This document shows positions 44,152 to 54,172 of a DNA stretch of 64,000 nucleotides, piece by piece. The translations under genes were made by a program, and so were the position numbers. The stretch is taken from positions 41,816 through 105,815 of the forward strand of contig CAVTSV010000002.1 in the NCBI GenBank assembly GCA_963737515.1. The letters are read 5' to 3'. The notes beneath the pieces were generated by a model. The model saw nothing but the letters and a program-made list of their open reading frames with translations. It had not been told where the DNA came from and did no database searches. Source of the stretch: an uncultured Actinomycetes bacterium. Lineage in GTDB: Bacteria > Actinomycetota > Thermoleophilia > Gaiellales > Gaiellaceae. The first letter of the stretch is position 1. Each line of letters begins with the position of its first letter.

Positions 44152-45612
44152 ATGACGGAGGTGGGATTTGCGCATCCGGAGGAGGCCGACGCGGACGCGC
44201 TCGCGCGGCTCGTCGCCCAGCCGTTGGACGGGAAGCTCGACGGCCGCCTCGCGCGGCTCGGCGAGACCGGCGAGCTGCGGGGCGAGCGAGGCGAGGCGAT
44301 TCTCCTCCACCTCGACGGCGCGGCGCGCACGCCGCGACTCGCCGCGGTTGGAGTCGGCAAGCGGGACGAGGTCGACGCGGACGCGCTCCGGACAGCGGGC
44401 GGAGCGGCGGCCCAGGCTCTCGCCCGGGTCGGCGGCACACTCGTCTGGCTGCTCGACGATTCGCTGCCCGTGCCGCTGCCCGCGCAGGCGGCGGCGCTCG
44501 TCGAGGGCACGATCCTCGCCGCATACTCGCCCGGGCGCTGGAAGTCGAAGCAGGAGACGCATCCGTTCGAGCAGATCGTGATCGGCGCCGAGGAGACGCC
44601 CGAGCTGCGCGCGGCGGTCGAGCGAGCGGCGGTCGTCGCGGACCGCGCGAACCGCGCGCGCGACCTCGCGAACGAACCACCCAACGAGCTGACACCGGCG
44701 ACGCTCGCCGACCGCGCAGCGGCACTCGCCGCCGAGCACGAGCACCTGACCGCGGAGGCACTCGGCCCCGACGAGATGCGAGAGCTCGGCATGGGCTCCC
44801 TTCTCGCGGTCGGGCAGGGCAGCAGAAACGAGCCGCGCCTCATCGTCCTCCGCTACGAGCCGCCGTCGCCGACGCACGGCGACGTGCTCTTCGGCATCGT
44901 CGGCAAGTCGATCACGTTCGACACGGGCGGGATCTCGCTCAAGGCCGGGCCCGGGATGCAGAACATGAAGGGCGACATGGCCGGCGGCGCGGGAGCGCTG
45001 CACGGGTTAGGCGCGCTTGCCGCGCTCAGCGCACCGGTGCGCGCGATCGCCGTCCTCGCGGCGGCGGAGAACATGCCCGGCGGCGGCGCGTTCCGGCCCG
45101 GCGACATCCTCCGTGCGGCGAACGGCAAGACGATCGAGGTGGTCAACACCGACGCGGAGGGCCGCCTCGTCCTCGCCGATGCGCTCTGGTACGCGAGGCG
45201 CGAGAGAGCGACGCACGTTCTCGATCTCGCGACGCTCACGGGCGCGATGGAGCTCGCGCTCGGCGACTTCTACGCCGGTGTCTTCGCCAACGACGACGCG
45301 TGGCTCGGGAAGATCGTCGAGGCCGGCGAGGCGAGCGGCGACCACGTCTGGCCGTTCCCGCTCCATCCCCGCTATCGCCGCTACATCGACTCGACGTTCG
45401 CGGACATGAAGAACGGCTCGACGCTGCGCCAGGGCTCGCCGGTGCTCGCGGCCGAGTTCCTGCAGGAGTTCGCCGGCGACGGCCCGTGGGCGCACGTCGA
45501 CATGGCCGGCCCGGGCTTCCTCGAGCGGAGCCGCGGCGACTATCTCCACCAGCCCGGCGGCACCGGCTACGGCGTCCGGCTCGTCGCCGAGCTCGGCAGG
45601 ATCCTCGGTTGA
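44152..45612 (+). CDS. pepA: Leucyl aminopeptidase (M17)
   Basis: In-frame ATG 44152. VGKSITFDTGGISLK...NTDAEGRLVLADAL...DLATLTGA. Confidence 0.9.
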   Translation: MTEVGFAHPEEADADALARLVAQPLDGKLDGRLARLGETGELRGERGEAILLHLDGAARTPRLAAVGVGKRDEVDADALRTAGGAAAQALARVGGTLVWLLDDSLPVPLPAQAAALVEGTILAAYSPGRWKSKQETHPFEQIVIGAEETPELRAAVERAAVVADRANRARDLANEPPNELTPATLADRAAALAAEHEHLTAEALGPDEMRELGMGSLLAVGQGSRNEPRLIVLRYEPPSPTHGDVLFGIVGKSITFDTGGISLKAGPGMQNMKGDMAGGAGALHGLGALAALSAPVRAIAVLAAAENMPGGGAFRPGDILRAANGKTIEVVNTDAEGRLVLADALWYARRERATHVLDLATLTGAMELALGDFYAGVFANDDAWLGKIVEAGEASGDHVWPFPLHPRYRRYIDSTFADMKNGSTLRQGSPVLAAEFLQEFAGDGPWAHVDMAGPGFLERSRGDYLHQPGGTGYGVRLVAELGRILG

Positions 45613-46742
45613 ACTTCGGCCTGACCGACGAGCAGGAGCTGATCCGGCGCACCGTCCGCGAGTTCGCGGACTCGAGGGTCGCGCCCGTCGCCGAGGAGCT
45701 CGATCGCGAGGCGCGCTTCCCCTACGAGCTCGTCGGCGAGCTCGCGGAGCTCGGACTGATGGGGCTGCCGATCCCGGAGGAGTACGGCGGCGCCGGCGGC
45801 GACACGGTCTCGTACGCAATCGCCGTGGAGGAGCTGACGCGGGTGGACTCGTCGGTGGCGATCACCGTCGCGGCGCACACGTCGCTCGGGACGATGCCGA
45901 TCCTCCTCTTCGGCAACGAGGAGCAGAAGCGCGAGTGGCTACCGAAGCTCGCGTCGGGAGAAGGACTCGCGGCGTTCGGGCTGACCGAGCCCGACGCCGG
46001 CTCCGACGCCGGGGCCACGCGCACGAAGGCTTCGCTGATCGACGGCGAGTGGGTGATCGACGGCTCGAAGATCTTCATCACGAACGCGGGCACCGACATC
46101 AGCGCCTGCGTGTCGATCACCGCGGTCACCGGCGAGAACGAGATCTCGAACCTCATCGTCCCGAACGGCACGCCGGGCTACGAGATCTCCGCGCCGATGA
46201 AGAAGCTCGGCTGGCACGCATCCGACACACGCGAGCTCTCGTTCCGCGACTGCAAGGTGCCGGAGGGGAACCTGCTCGGCGAGCGCGGCCGTGGCTTCCA
46301 GCAGTTCATGGAGATCCTCAACGGCGGCCGGATCTCGGTCGCGGCGATGGGCGTCGGCTTGGCGCAGGGCGCGTACGAGCTCGCACTCACCTATGCGAAA
46401 GAGCGGCAGCAGTTCGGCAAGCCGATCGCAGAGTTCCAGGCGATCCAGTTCCAGCTCGCCGACATGACGACCGAGATCGACGCCGGCCGCCAGCTCGTCT
46501 ACCGCGCCGCGTGGCTCAAGGATCAGGGCCGCGACTACGCACTCGCCGCGGCGCAGGCGAAGCTCTATACCGGAATCCTCTCGAACAGGGTCGTCAACTC
46601 CGCCCTCCAGATCCACGGCGGCTACGGCTTCATGGAAGAGTTCGCGATCTCGCGCCTCTACCGCGACCAGAAGATCCTCGAGATCGGCGAGGGGACGAAC
46701 GAGGTGCAGCGGATGGTGATCGCGCGGCACCTCGGCCTTTAG
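45609..46742 (+). CDS. Acyl-CoA dehydrogenase (short/branched-chain, isovaleryl-CoA dehydrogenase-like)
   Basis: TTG 45609 overlaps the upstream TGA. GLTEPDAGSDAG...YAKERQQFGKPIAEFQAIQFQLADM...EIGEGTNEVQRMVIAR. Confidence 0.9.
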   Translation: MNFGLTDEQELIRRTVREFADSRVAPVAEELDREARFPYELVGELAELGLMGLPIPEEYGGAGGDTVSYAIAVEELTRVDSSVAITVAAHTSLGTMPILLFGNEEQKREWLPKLASGEGLAAFGLTEPDAGSDAGATRTKASLIDGEWVIDGSKIFITNAGTDISACVSITAVTGENEISNLIVPNGTPGYEISAPMKKLGWHASDTRELSFRDCKVPEGNLLGERGRGFQQFMEILNGGRISVAAMGVGLAQGAYELALTYAKERQQFGKPIAEFQAIQFQLADMTTEIDAGRQLVYRAAWLKDQGRDYALAAAQAKLYTGILSNRVVNSALQIHGGYGFMEEFAISRLYRDQKILEIGEGTNEVQRMVIARHLGL

Positions 46743-46782
46743 CTCACGAAGCTGACGCTTCGCTCGCTGCATGAGGAACTCC

Positions 46783-46810
46783 GGCGCGGAAGAGCGCGGT
46801 CTTCCGCGCC
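46783..46810 (+). terminator. 11-bp hairpin after the acyl-CoA dehydrogenase gene
   Basis: GGCGCGGAAGA-GCGCGG-TCTTCCGCGCC followed by TTCG. Confidence 0.5.
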
Positions 46811-46945
46811 TTCGTACTGAGGCCTCGTTGCCCGCCGCGGCGGACGCCTTCGGCGCGCGCCGGGGAGCGGGAGAGCCTGCGGCCACGTCCCGCTTCGCGG
46901 AGCCTTAGCCTCCGGCCTTCGGTCTCTCCGCGGCACAATCTTGCA

Positions 46946-47716
46946 GTGATCCCGGTCGTCTTCGCCGCTGTCGCGGCGCTGCTTTTCGTCCAGGCCGTCG
47001 TGCGCCTCCGGCGCCGCGGCCGCGCCGACCTCGCCGGCTGGGATCGGATCGCCCTCTTCGCGCTCGGCCTCGGCATCACGCTCTTCGCCCTCGTCGGGCC
47101 GCTCGACAATCTCGCAGACAACAAACTCCTCTCCGCCCATATGGCCCAGCACGTCCTGATCGGGGATCTGGGGCCAGCGCTGATGATCGTTGCGCTGCGC
47201 GGGCCGCTGCTCGTCTTCCTCCTCCCCGCGCCCGTGCTCGGGCCGCTCGCGCGCAACGCCCGGGTGCGGAGCGTCCTCAGCACGCTGCTGCGGCCGCGCA
47301 TCGCCTTTGCGCTCTGGGCGGCGAACCTCGCGGTGTGGCACGTCCCCTATCTCTATGACGCGGCGCTCGAGCACCAGAACCTGCACGACTTCGAGCACCT
47401 CTGCTGGACGGTGTGCGGGATCCTCATCTGGACGCTGCTCGTCGATCCGGGCTCACACCGCCGGCTGTCGGTCGCGGGACGCGTCGCGCTCGCCGCGACG
47501 ATGTTCGCGGCGGGACAGATCCTCACCGACGTGCTCGTCTTCTCCTTCACGCCGCTCTACCCGTACTACCAGGGCGCCTACGGTCTGTCGGCGCTTGCCG
47601 ACCAGCAGATCTCCGGGCTCGTGATGATGGTCGAGCAACTGCTGACCCTCGGCGTGTGCGTCGCATTGCTGTTGAAGCCACGCTGGCGCCCGTACATCCG
47701 GTTCGCAGCCGCATGA
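46946..47716 (+). CDS. Cytochrome c oxidase assembly factor CtaG-like membrane protein, copy 1
   Basis: Polytopic; AHMAQHVLIGDLGPALMIVAL motif. Confidence 0.7.
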   Translation: MIPVVFAAVAALLFVQAVVRLRRRGRADLAGWDRIALFALGLGITLFALVGPLDNLADNKLLSAHMAQHVLIGDLGPALMIVALRGPLLVFLLPAPVLGPLARNARVRSVLSTLLRPRIAFALWAANLAVWHVPYLYDAALEHQNLHDFEHLCWTVCGILIWTLLVDPGSHRRLSVAGRVALAATMFAAGQILTDVLVFSFTPLYPYYQGAYGLSALADQQISGLVMMVEQLLTLGVCVALLLKPRWRPYIRFAAA

Positions 47717-48456
47717 GCCCGACGGACTTCGGCTTCGAGCCGCTCTTCCTAGCGCTCGCGGTTGCGGCGGGCGCGCTCTACTGGCGGGCTGCCCGCAACG
47801 ACCGGCCGCCGCGCTGGCGTCTCGTCGCGTTCTCGTCCGGCCTCTTCCTCATCGCCGCCTCGCTCAACTCGCCGCTCGAGACCATCGCGGCGCACTACCT
47901 CCTGCTCATGCACCTCCTCCAGAACGGGCTCATCGCCGACGTCGCGCCACTGCTCGTGATGCTCGGACTGACGCCGGGGATGCGGGACACGCTGGCGCGG
48001 CGCGGCCTCGGCCGGCTGCGCTCGCGCTGGATTCTCCCCGTCTGGCTCGCTGCCTGGTACCTCACCCACCTCGCCCCGTTCTACGACTGGGCGCTCCGCA
48101 CCGGCTGGGGACTGAACATCGAGCATGGGATTCTCATCACGGTCGGCCTCCTCTTCTGGTGGCCGATCGTCAGCGGCCGCCTGACGCCCCCGACCGGGCT
48201 CGCGTACCTCGCCGCAGGGTTCGTCGGCTCGACGTTCCTCGGGCTCGCGTACATCTTCTCCAGCCGTCCGTTCTACGCGTACTACGAGCACGCGCCGCGA
48301 CTCTGGGGCCTGTCGCCGGCGCGCGACCAGAACCTCGGCGGGATCCTCATGAACGGGGAGCAGACGCTCGTGTTCCTGCTCGCGATCGGCTGGTTCGTCA
48401 TGCGCCTGCTCGACGAGGAGGACAGTCGCGAGACTCCCGTCGGTGGGCACTGGTAG
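47713..48456 (+). CDS. Cytochrome c oxidase assembly factor CtaG-like membrane protein, copy 2
   Basis: ATG overlaps the upstream TGA. LLMHLLQNGLIADVAPLLVMLGL motif. Confidence 0.7.
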   Translation: MSPTDFGFEPLFLALAVAAGALYWRAARNDRPPRWRLVAFSSGLFLIAASLNSPLETIAAHYLLLMHLLQNGLIADVAPLLVMLGLTPGMRDTLARRGLGRLRSRWILPVWLAAWYLTHLAPFYDWALRTGWGLNIEHGILITVGLLFWWPIVSGRLTPPTGLAYLAAGFVGSTFLGLAYIFSSRPFYAYYEHAPRLWGLSPARDQNLGGILMNGEQTLVFLLAIGWFVMRLLDEEDSRETPVGGHW

Positions 48457-48465
48457 CGTCGCTCC

Positions 48466-49803
48466 GTGCTGTTCAAGCAGTTCCTGGACGACGATCTGGG
48501 CTGCGCCTCGTACCTCGTCGGTGACGAGCGGGCGGGCGTTGCCGCCGTCGTCGACCCGCCGTACGCGATCGAGCCGATCCTCGAGGAGGCGGCGCGGCGC
48601 GGCGTCTCCCTCGTCTGCGTCCTCGAGACGCACACACACGCCGACCACGTTTCCGGCCATGGCCGGCTCGCGCTGGAGACCGGCGTTCCCGTGCGCGTGC
48701 ACTCCCTCGCGGGCGCGAGCTTCGAGCACGAGCCGCTCGAGGACGGGACAGAGATCGAGGTGGGAGCCGTCGTCGTCCACGCGATCCACACGCCGGGCCA
48801 TCGCCCTGAGCACTGCTGCTTCGCCGTGATCGACCGCTCCCGCGGCGACGAGCCGTGGCTCGTGCTGACCGGCGACTGTCTCTTCGTGGGAGACGCGGGC
48901 CGCCCGGACCTCGCGGTCGAGGCGCAGGAGGGAGCGGAAGGGCAGTTCCACAGTTTGCGCCGCCTCGCCGAGCTCGGAGACGGCGTCGAGGTCTATCCCG
49001 GCCATGTCGCCGGCTCGCTCTGCGGCGCCGCGATGAGCTCCAAGGCGTCGACGACCATCGGCTTCGAGCGCCGCTTCAACCGCCGACTCCAGGGAGAACT
49101 CGCCGACTTCATAGCCGGCGCGCTCGGTGCGCAGCCGCCACGCCCGCCGAACATGGAGCGGATCGTCGAGCTCAATCGCGGCTCGTTCCTCGCGGCGCAG
49201 CCGGCGGTAGGGCGGATCGACGCGGTGCCCGACGGCGCGATCGTCCTCGACGTCCGCCCGACGGCAGCGTTCGCAGCCGGCCACCGCCCCGGCGCCGTCG
49301 GGATCCCGCTCTCCGGCTCGAGCTTCGCAACGAAGTGCGCGTTCGTCCTGCCGGACCGCGTAGTTGTCCTCCACGCGAGCGACGAGACGGAGGCCGGCCG
49401 GGCGGCGCGCTCGCTCCACGCGGTCGCGATCTTCGACCTCCCGGGCTGGCAGGAGGGCGGCGGGGACGAGCGCCTTGCACCCGTCTCGCTCGACGAGCTC
49501 GAGCAGTTGCTCGCGAACGACTCCGTCGAGTTGCTCGACGTGCGCGAGGCGGACGAGCGCGACGAGGGGCACATCCCCGGCTCGCGCCACCTGCCGTACC
49601 GGACGGCGCGCGCCGCAGCCGAGGCGGGACTGTTGGACGGACGCCCGGTCGTGACGATCTGCGAGTCAGGCCCGCGCGCCGCGATCGCCGCGAGCGTCCT
49701 GCAGGCAGCCGGCGTGGACGCGCGCCCGGTGCTCGACGGCGGCATCGCGAACTGGCAGGCGCACGGCGGCGAACTGTCCGGCTTCCGGCGCTGCGGCAGC
49801 TAG
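48466..49803 (+). CDS. MBL-fold hydrolase fused to rhodanese domains (persulfide dioxygenase / sulfurtransferase-type)
   Basis: ETHTHADHVSGHG...HTPGHRPEH; C-terminal rhodanese with ICESGPRAAIAASVL. Confidence 0.8.
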   Translation: MLFKQFLDDDLGCASYLVGDERAGVAAVVDPPYAIEPILEEAARRGVSLVCVLETHTHADHVSGHGRLALETGVPVRVHSLAGASFEHEPLEDGTEIEVGAVVVHAIHTPGHRPEHCCFAVIDRSRGDEPWLVLTGDCLFVGDAGRPDLAVEAQEGAEGQFHSLRRLAELGDGVEVYPGHVAGSLCGAAMSSKASTTIGFERRFNRRLQGELADFIAGALGAQPPRPPNMERIVELNRGSFLAAQPAVGRIDAVPDGAIVLDVRPTAAFAAGHRPGAVGIPLSGSSFATKCAFVLPDRVVVLHASDETEAGRAARSLHAVAIFDLPGWQEGGGDERLAPVSLDELEQLLANDSVELLDVREADERDEGHIPGSRHLPYRTARAAAEAGLLDGRPVVTICESGPRAAIAASVLQAAGVDARPVLDGGIANWQAHGGELSGFRRCGS

Positions 49804-49874
49804 CGCGGCCCTTCCGCAGCCGGGTAGCGGCTTTCACCGATGTCGACGAGCCGGCCTGCGGCTTGGCTTTGAGC

Positions 49875-50792
49875 ATGTTGGAGCGCACGAGAGTCGCCGG
49901 CCTCGTCGTCGCAGTCGCCGCGCTGCACGCGGTCGCCTGGGGACTGTTCGCCGTCTACGCGCCGGGCGACACGAAGCTCGCCGGTCTGGGGCTCCTCGCC
50001 TACGCGCTCGGCCTCCGGCATGCGTTCGACGTCGACCATCTTGCGGCGATCGACAACGCGACGCGCAACCTCGTGGCCCGCGGCCGCAGCTCGGCCGGCG
50101 TGGGCTTCTTCTTCTCGCTCGGCCACTCGGCGGTCGTCGTTGGGCTCGTCACCGCGATCGTCGCGTTCGGTTTCCACGCCGCGTCACTCGGCAAGTTCGG
50201 AGGGGGCGTCGGAGTGGGCGTCTCCGCCGGCTTTCTCCTCCTGATCGGACTCCTCAACCTCGGAGTCCTCCTCGACCGCAGCGGCAAGTCCAGCGCCGGC
50301 CCGCTCACCCGCCTCGGCCTCGGACGCCTCTTCCGGCTCGTCGGCCGCTCGTGGCACGCCCTCCCGATCGGCGCGCTCTTCGCGCTCGGCTTCGACACGG
50401 CCGGCGAGATCGCGCTCCTCGCGCTCGCTGCCGGCGCGGCCGGCGGCCTGCCACTCCTCGGAGCGCTCGCGCTGCCGCTCCTCTTCACTGCGGGAATGGT
50501 GCTGCTGGACACGGCGGACGGCATCCTCATGTCCGCCGCGTACGGCTGGGCGACGACGAATCCCGCCCGGCGCCTGCGCACCAACACGGTGCTGACGTCG
50601 CTTTCGGTGACCATCGCCTTCGCCGTCGGCGTCTACGAGACCACCCGCATCGGCTCGCCGGCCATCCTCTACGGGATGCTCGGACTCCTCACTGCCGGCG
50701 CCATCGTCGTCGTCAGTCGAGCCGCTCGACCGGGTATCCCCAGTCGCCCAGCTTTCCGACCAGCTCGTCGCAGTGCGCCGGATCGCGCGTGA
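49875..50792 (+). CDS. NiCoT (HoxN/HupN/NixA) nickel/cobalt transporter
   Basis: In-frame ATG 49875. LRHAFDVDHLAAIDN signature and FFFSLGHS. Confidence 0.85.
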   Translation: MLERTRVAGLVVAVAALHAVAWGLFAVYAPGDTKLAGLGLLAYALGLRHAFDVDHLAAIDNATRNLVARGRSSAGVGFFFSLGHSAVVVGLVTAIVAFGFHAASLGKFGGGVGVGVSAGFLLLIGLLNLGVLLDRSGKSSAGPLTRLGLGRLFRLVGRSWHALPIGALFALGFDTAGEIALLALAAGAAGGLPLLGALALPLLFTAGMVLLDTADGILMSAAYGWATTNPARRLRTNTVLTSLSVTIAFAVGVYETTRIGSPAILYGMLGLLTAGAIVVVSRAARPGIPSRPAFRPARRSAPDRA

Positions 50793-51897
50793 GCAGCGTG
50801 AGCGCAACTCCGGTGTAACCGATTGGGAGCCCGGTCGACTCCCGCTGGTGCTCCACTTCGACGACGTTGACGTGCTCGGCGCCAAGGAGGTCGAGGAGTT
50901 TCGCCAGCTCGCCCGGGTGGTCGGGGAAGCGCGTGCGTAGGACGAGATAGCGGCCGCTCAGGGCGAGCCCGCGCCGCATCACCTGCACCATGAGCGACGC
51001 GTCGATGTTGCCGCCGGAGAGGAGCGCGAGCGCCGGCCCCGAGCCGCCGACCAGGCCGGCGAGGATTGCCGCGATGCTCACGGCGCCTGCCCCTTCGACG
51101 ACGAACTTCGTCCGTTCGGCGAGAAGCACCATCGCCTCTGCGATCTGCTCGTCCTCGACGTGGACGATGTCGTCGAGCGTCTTGCCGAGGATTCCCATCG
51201 TCAGCTCGCCCGGCTTCTTGACCGCGATGCCGTCGGCGATCGTGAAGCCCGAGCCGCCCGGTCGCGTCCCGGCCGCCTGCACACCGACGATCCGCACGCC
51301 TGGCCGCACGGCCCGCAGCGCGAGCGAGATCCCCGACGCCAGCCCGCCGCCGCCAATGGGGACGACGACCACGTCGAGATCGTCGGCCTGCTCGGCGATC
51401 TCGAGCCCGATCGTGCCCTGGCCGGAGATGACAAGCGGATCCTCGAAGGGGTGGACGAACGTGTGGCCCGTCCGCTCGACGTAGTCGCGCGCCGCGGCGA
51501 TCGACTCCTCGATCGCGTGCCCCGTCAGCTCGACCTCTGCGCCGTAACTGCGCGTCGCGTCGACCTTCGCCATCGGCGAGTCCTGCGGCATGAAGACGCG
51601 CGCCGGTGCGCCGAGCTCCCGCGCCGCCCAGGCGACCGCCTGGCCGTGATTACCCGCGCTCGCCGCGACAACGCCCGCCGCGCGTACGTCCGGCTCGAGG
51701 GAGGAGAGCTTCGTGTAGGCGCCGCGAACCTTGAAGGAGCCCGTCCGCTGCAGGTTCTCCGCCTTCAAGAACACGGGACGTCCGGCCAGCCGCGAGAACG
51801 TCTCCGTCGGATAGAGCGGCGTGACCCGTGCGACGCCCGCGATCACCTCACGGGCGCGCTCGATCTCAGGAAGTCCGGGTGCCGTTGCCGTCGCCAT
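50713..51897 (-). CDS. ilvA: Threonine ammonia-lyase with C-terminal ACT-like domain
   Basis: In-frame ATG 51897. FLKAENLQRTGSFKVRGAY...ASAGNHGQAVA...GGGGLASG. Confidence 0.85.
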   Translation of the reverse strand: MATATAPGLPEIERAREVIAGVARVTPLYPTETFSRLAGRPVFLKAENLQRTGSFKVRGAYTKLSSLEPDVRAAGVVAASAGNHGQAVAWAARELGAPARVFMPQDSPMAKVDATRSYGAEVELTGHAIEESIAAARDYVERTGHTFVHPFEDPLVISGQGTIGLEIAEQADDLDVVVVPIGGGGLASGISLALRAVRPGVRIVGVQAAGTRPGGSGFTIADGIAVKKPGELTMGILGKTLDDIVHVEDEQIAEAMVLLAERTKFVVEGAGAVSIAAILAGLVGGSGPALALLSGGNIDASLMVQVMRRGLALSGRYLVLRTRFPDHPGELAKLLDLLGAEHVNVVEVEHQRESTGLPIGYTGVALTLLTRDPAHCDELVGKLGDWGYPVERLD

Positions 51898-52864
51898 CGT
51901 CGATTCGGAAGACCTTCTCGAGTATCTCTCGCACAGCGGTGAGTGGGTCGAGCTCACGGGCCTGAACCTCGGCGAGGAGCCGCAGGAGCTCGGGGTCGTT
52001 TCCGACCGCGCGCTCGAGATGACGGCCGGCGCGGCTCGCCGCGACCGCGAATACCTCCCGCGCGAGGTTCGCCCGCCGCCGCTCCTCGAGCTGGCCGCTC
52101 TCCGTGAGGAAGGCGCGATGCTCCTCGACCTTCTCCCAGAGCTCGGGCACGTGCTCGCCGCGAACAGCCTCGGTCAGAACGATCGGCGGACGCCATTCCC
52201 GATCGTGGTCGAGGGCGAGGATCGACCGCACCTCGTTGAGCATCGTCTTCGCGGCGGGATGATCCATCTTGTTGATCGCGATCACGTCGGGGATTTCCAT
52301 GATCCCCGCCTTCAACGCCTGCACCGCATCGCCGGAGCCGGGCATGAGAACGAGGAGGACGGTGTCGGCGATCCCGATCACCTCGACCTCGCTCTGGCCC
52401 GCGCCGACCGTCTCGAGGAAGACGAGATCCTTTCCCGCCGCGTCGAGCACCAGCAGCGCCTGCAGCGTCGCCTCGGCGAGCCCGCCGAGGTGGCCGCGCG
52501 TCCCCATCGAACGGATGAAGACGTCAGGGTCGAGGAAGTGGTCGCTGAGGCGGATTCGGTCGCCGAGCAGCGCGCCGTGCGAGAACGGGCTCGACGGATC
52601 GACGGAGACAACGCCGACGGAGCTGCCGCGCTCACGTACGTGGCGAATCAGCGCAGACGCAAGGCTCGACTTCCCCACGCCGGGCGGGCCGGTGATCCCG
52701 ACGGAGTAGGCGGAGCCGGTCTGCGGATAGACGTCGGCGACTACTCCGTACGCGAGAGGGTCGCCGTCCTCCACGAGCGAGATCGTGCGCGCGAGCGCAC
52801 GACGGTCACCGCTGCGAATGCCCGCGGCGAGATCCTCCCGAGTCCAGTCGCGGCGGCCTGCCAC
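51866..52864 (-). CDS. meaB: Methylmalonyl-CoA mutase-associated G-protein chaperone (MeaB/ArgK)
   Basis: GITGPPGVGKSSL...DPSSPFSHGALLGDRIR...ETVGAGQSE...INKMD. Confidence 0.9.
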   Translation of the reverse strand: MAGRRDWTREDLAAGIRSGDRRALARTISLVEDGDPLAYGVVADVYPQTGSAYSVGITGPPGVGKSSLASALIRHVRERGSSVGVVSVDPSSPFSHGALLGDRIRLSDHFLDPDVFIRSMGTRGHLGGLAEATLQALLVLDAAGKDLVFLETVGAGQSEVEVIGIADTVLLVLMPGSGDAVQALKAGIMEIPDVIAINKMDHPAAKTMLNEVRSILALDHDREWRPPIVLTEAVRGEHVPELWEKVEEHRAFLTESGQLEERRRANLAREVFAVAASRAGRHLERAVGNDPELLRLLAEVQARELDPLTAVREILEKVFRIDDGDGNGTRTS

Positions 52865-52873
52865 CGCGCCAAT

Positions 52874-54136
52874 CTAGTTGGCGGTTGCGACGGCAGCGGG
52901 CGCGAGTTCCGCCTCCGCGGCCGTCTCGCCGCCAAGCCGCCGGGCGATCGCCCACCCGGCCACCGACGCGATAAGAACCGTCCCGCCGGCGCCAATCCAC
53001 AGCCAGCGCGGTCCCGGACTGCGAACGAATAGCCCACCAAGGACCTCGCCGACTCCGACGAGGGAGAACGTCAGGCTCATGACAAGGGTGAGTGCACGGC
53101 CGCGCATGACGTCGAACGTCCCGCGCTGCACGAGCAGTGCATTGCACGCGACCGCTGCGCCGTTGCCACATCCGAGAACGACGCAGCACGCCGCCGCTAC
53201 CCAGATGTCGGGGCTGGCGCCGGCGGCGACAAAGCCGAGAGCCAGCAGCGCCAGGCTGGCTCCATAGACCGTGGCAACGCCGTGGCGCTCGAGCAGCGGC
53301 GCGCTCGTGAAGCTCCCGATCACGAGGCCGGCACCGATCGAGCCGTAGATCAGCCCGTAGCCGAAGTCACCCGCCGAAAACGTGTTCTTCGCAAGGAAGA
53401 CCGCGGACACATTCGTCCCACCGGCTGCCAGAGACTCGATGCCCCACGCGATGAGCACCGCGCGCATCGAGCGCGAACGGAGCGCTGCGCCGAAACCGTC
53501 GGCGAGGTCGCGCCAATGCCCGCGCGAGAGTGCGCGCTCGCTCTGCAGCAGGCGCGGGGAGATCCTGACTATCAGCAGGATCGAGACGACGAACGAGGCG
53601 GCATTGATCCCGTACGACGCGGACGGCCCCGCCGCTGCGGTGAGGAGGCCGCCCACCACAGGGCCGACCATCCAGCTGAGGTTCTCGACCGTCTGGAGAA
53701 GTCCATTCGCCTGCGGGAGAAGCTCTTCGTCGACGAGGTTCGGCACGCCCGCATAGACCGCCGGCCGGAAGAAACCTGTGGCAAGCCCGGCGACGAAGGC
53801 GAGCCCGACGACAGCTCCCGCGCTCGGCGCGAACGGTAGCGCGACGAAGACCACGACACGGAGGGCGTCGGCCGCGATCATCAGCGCGCGCCGCTGAAGC
53901 CGATCGAGGAGCGGGCCGAAGAACAGGCCTACGACCACCGTCGGCAGGAACTCGACGACGAGCACGGCACTGACCCAGAGCCCCGTGTGCGGCGAGGCTT
54001 TCGTCCGGTTCGCCACGTCGATCGCCAGCGCGACGGCGGCCATGAGCGTCCCCACACTCGAGCCGAGCGTGGCGAGGAAGAGATTCCGGAACCCCGGCAG
54101 CCGCAGCGGGGCGAACTGAGCAGACGAAAGCCTCAC
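52874..54136 (-). CDS. MFS transporter
   Basis: 420 aa, about 12 TM segments, FRNLFLATLGSSVGT N-terminus. Confidence 0.85.
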   Translation of the reverse strand: MRLSSAQFAPLRLPGFRNLFLATLGSSVGTLMAAVALAIDVANRTKASPHTGLWVSAVLVVEFLPTVVVGLFFGPLLDRLQRRALMIAADALRVVVFVALPFAPSAGAVVGLAFVAGLATGFFRPAVYAGVPNLVDEELLPQANGLLQTVENLSWMVGPVVGGLLTAAAGPSASYGINAASFVVSILLIVRISPRLLQSERALSRGHWRDLADGFGAALRSRSMRAVLIAWGIESLAAGGTNVSAVFLAKNTFSAGDFGYGLIYGSIGAGLVIGSFTSAPLLERHGVATVYGASLALLALGFVAAGASPDIWVAAACCVVLGCGNGAAVACNALLVQRGTFDVMRGRALTLVMSLTFSLVGVGEVLGGLFVRSPGPRWLWIGAGGTVLIASVAGWAIARRLGGETAAEAELAPAAVATAN

Positions 54137-54172
54137 GCGAGTGCGCCCGAACGTACCACCCGAGTCCGCCGG

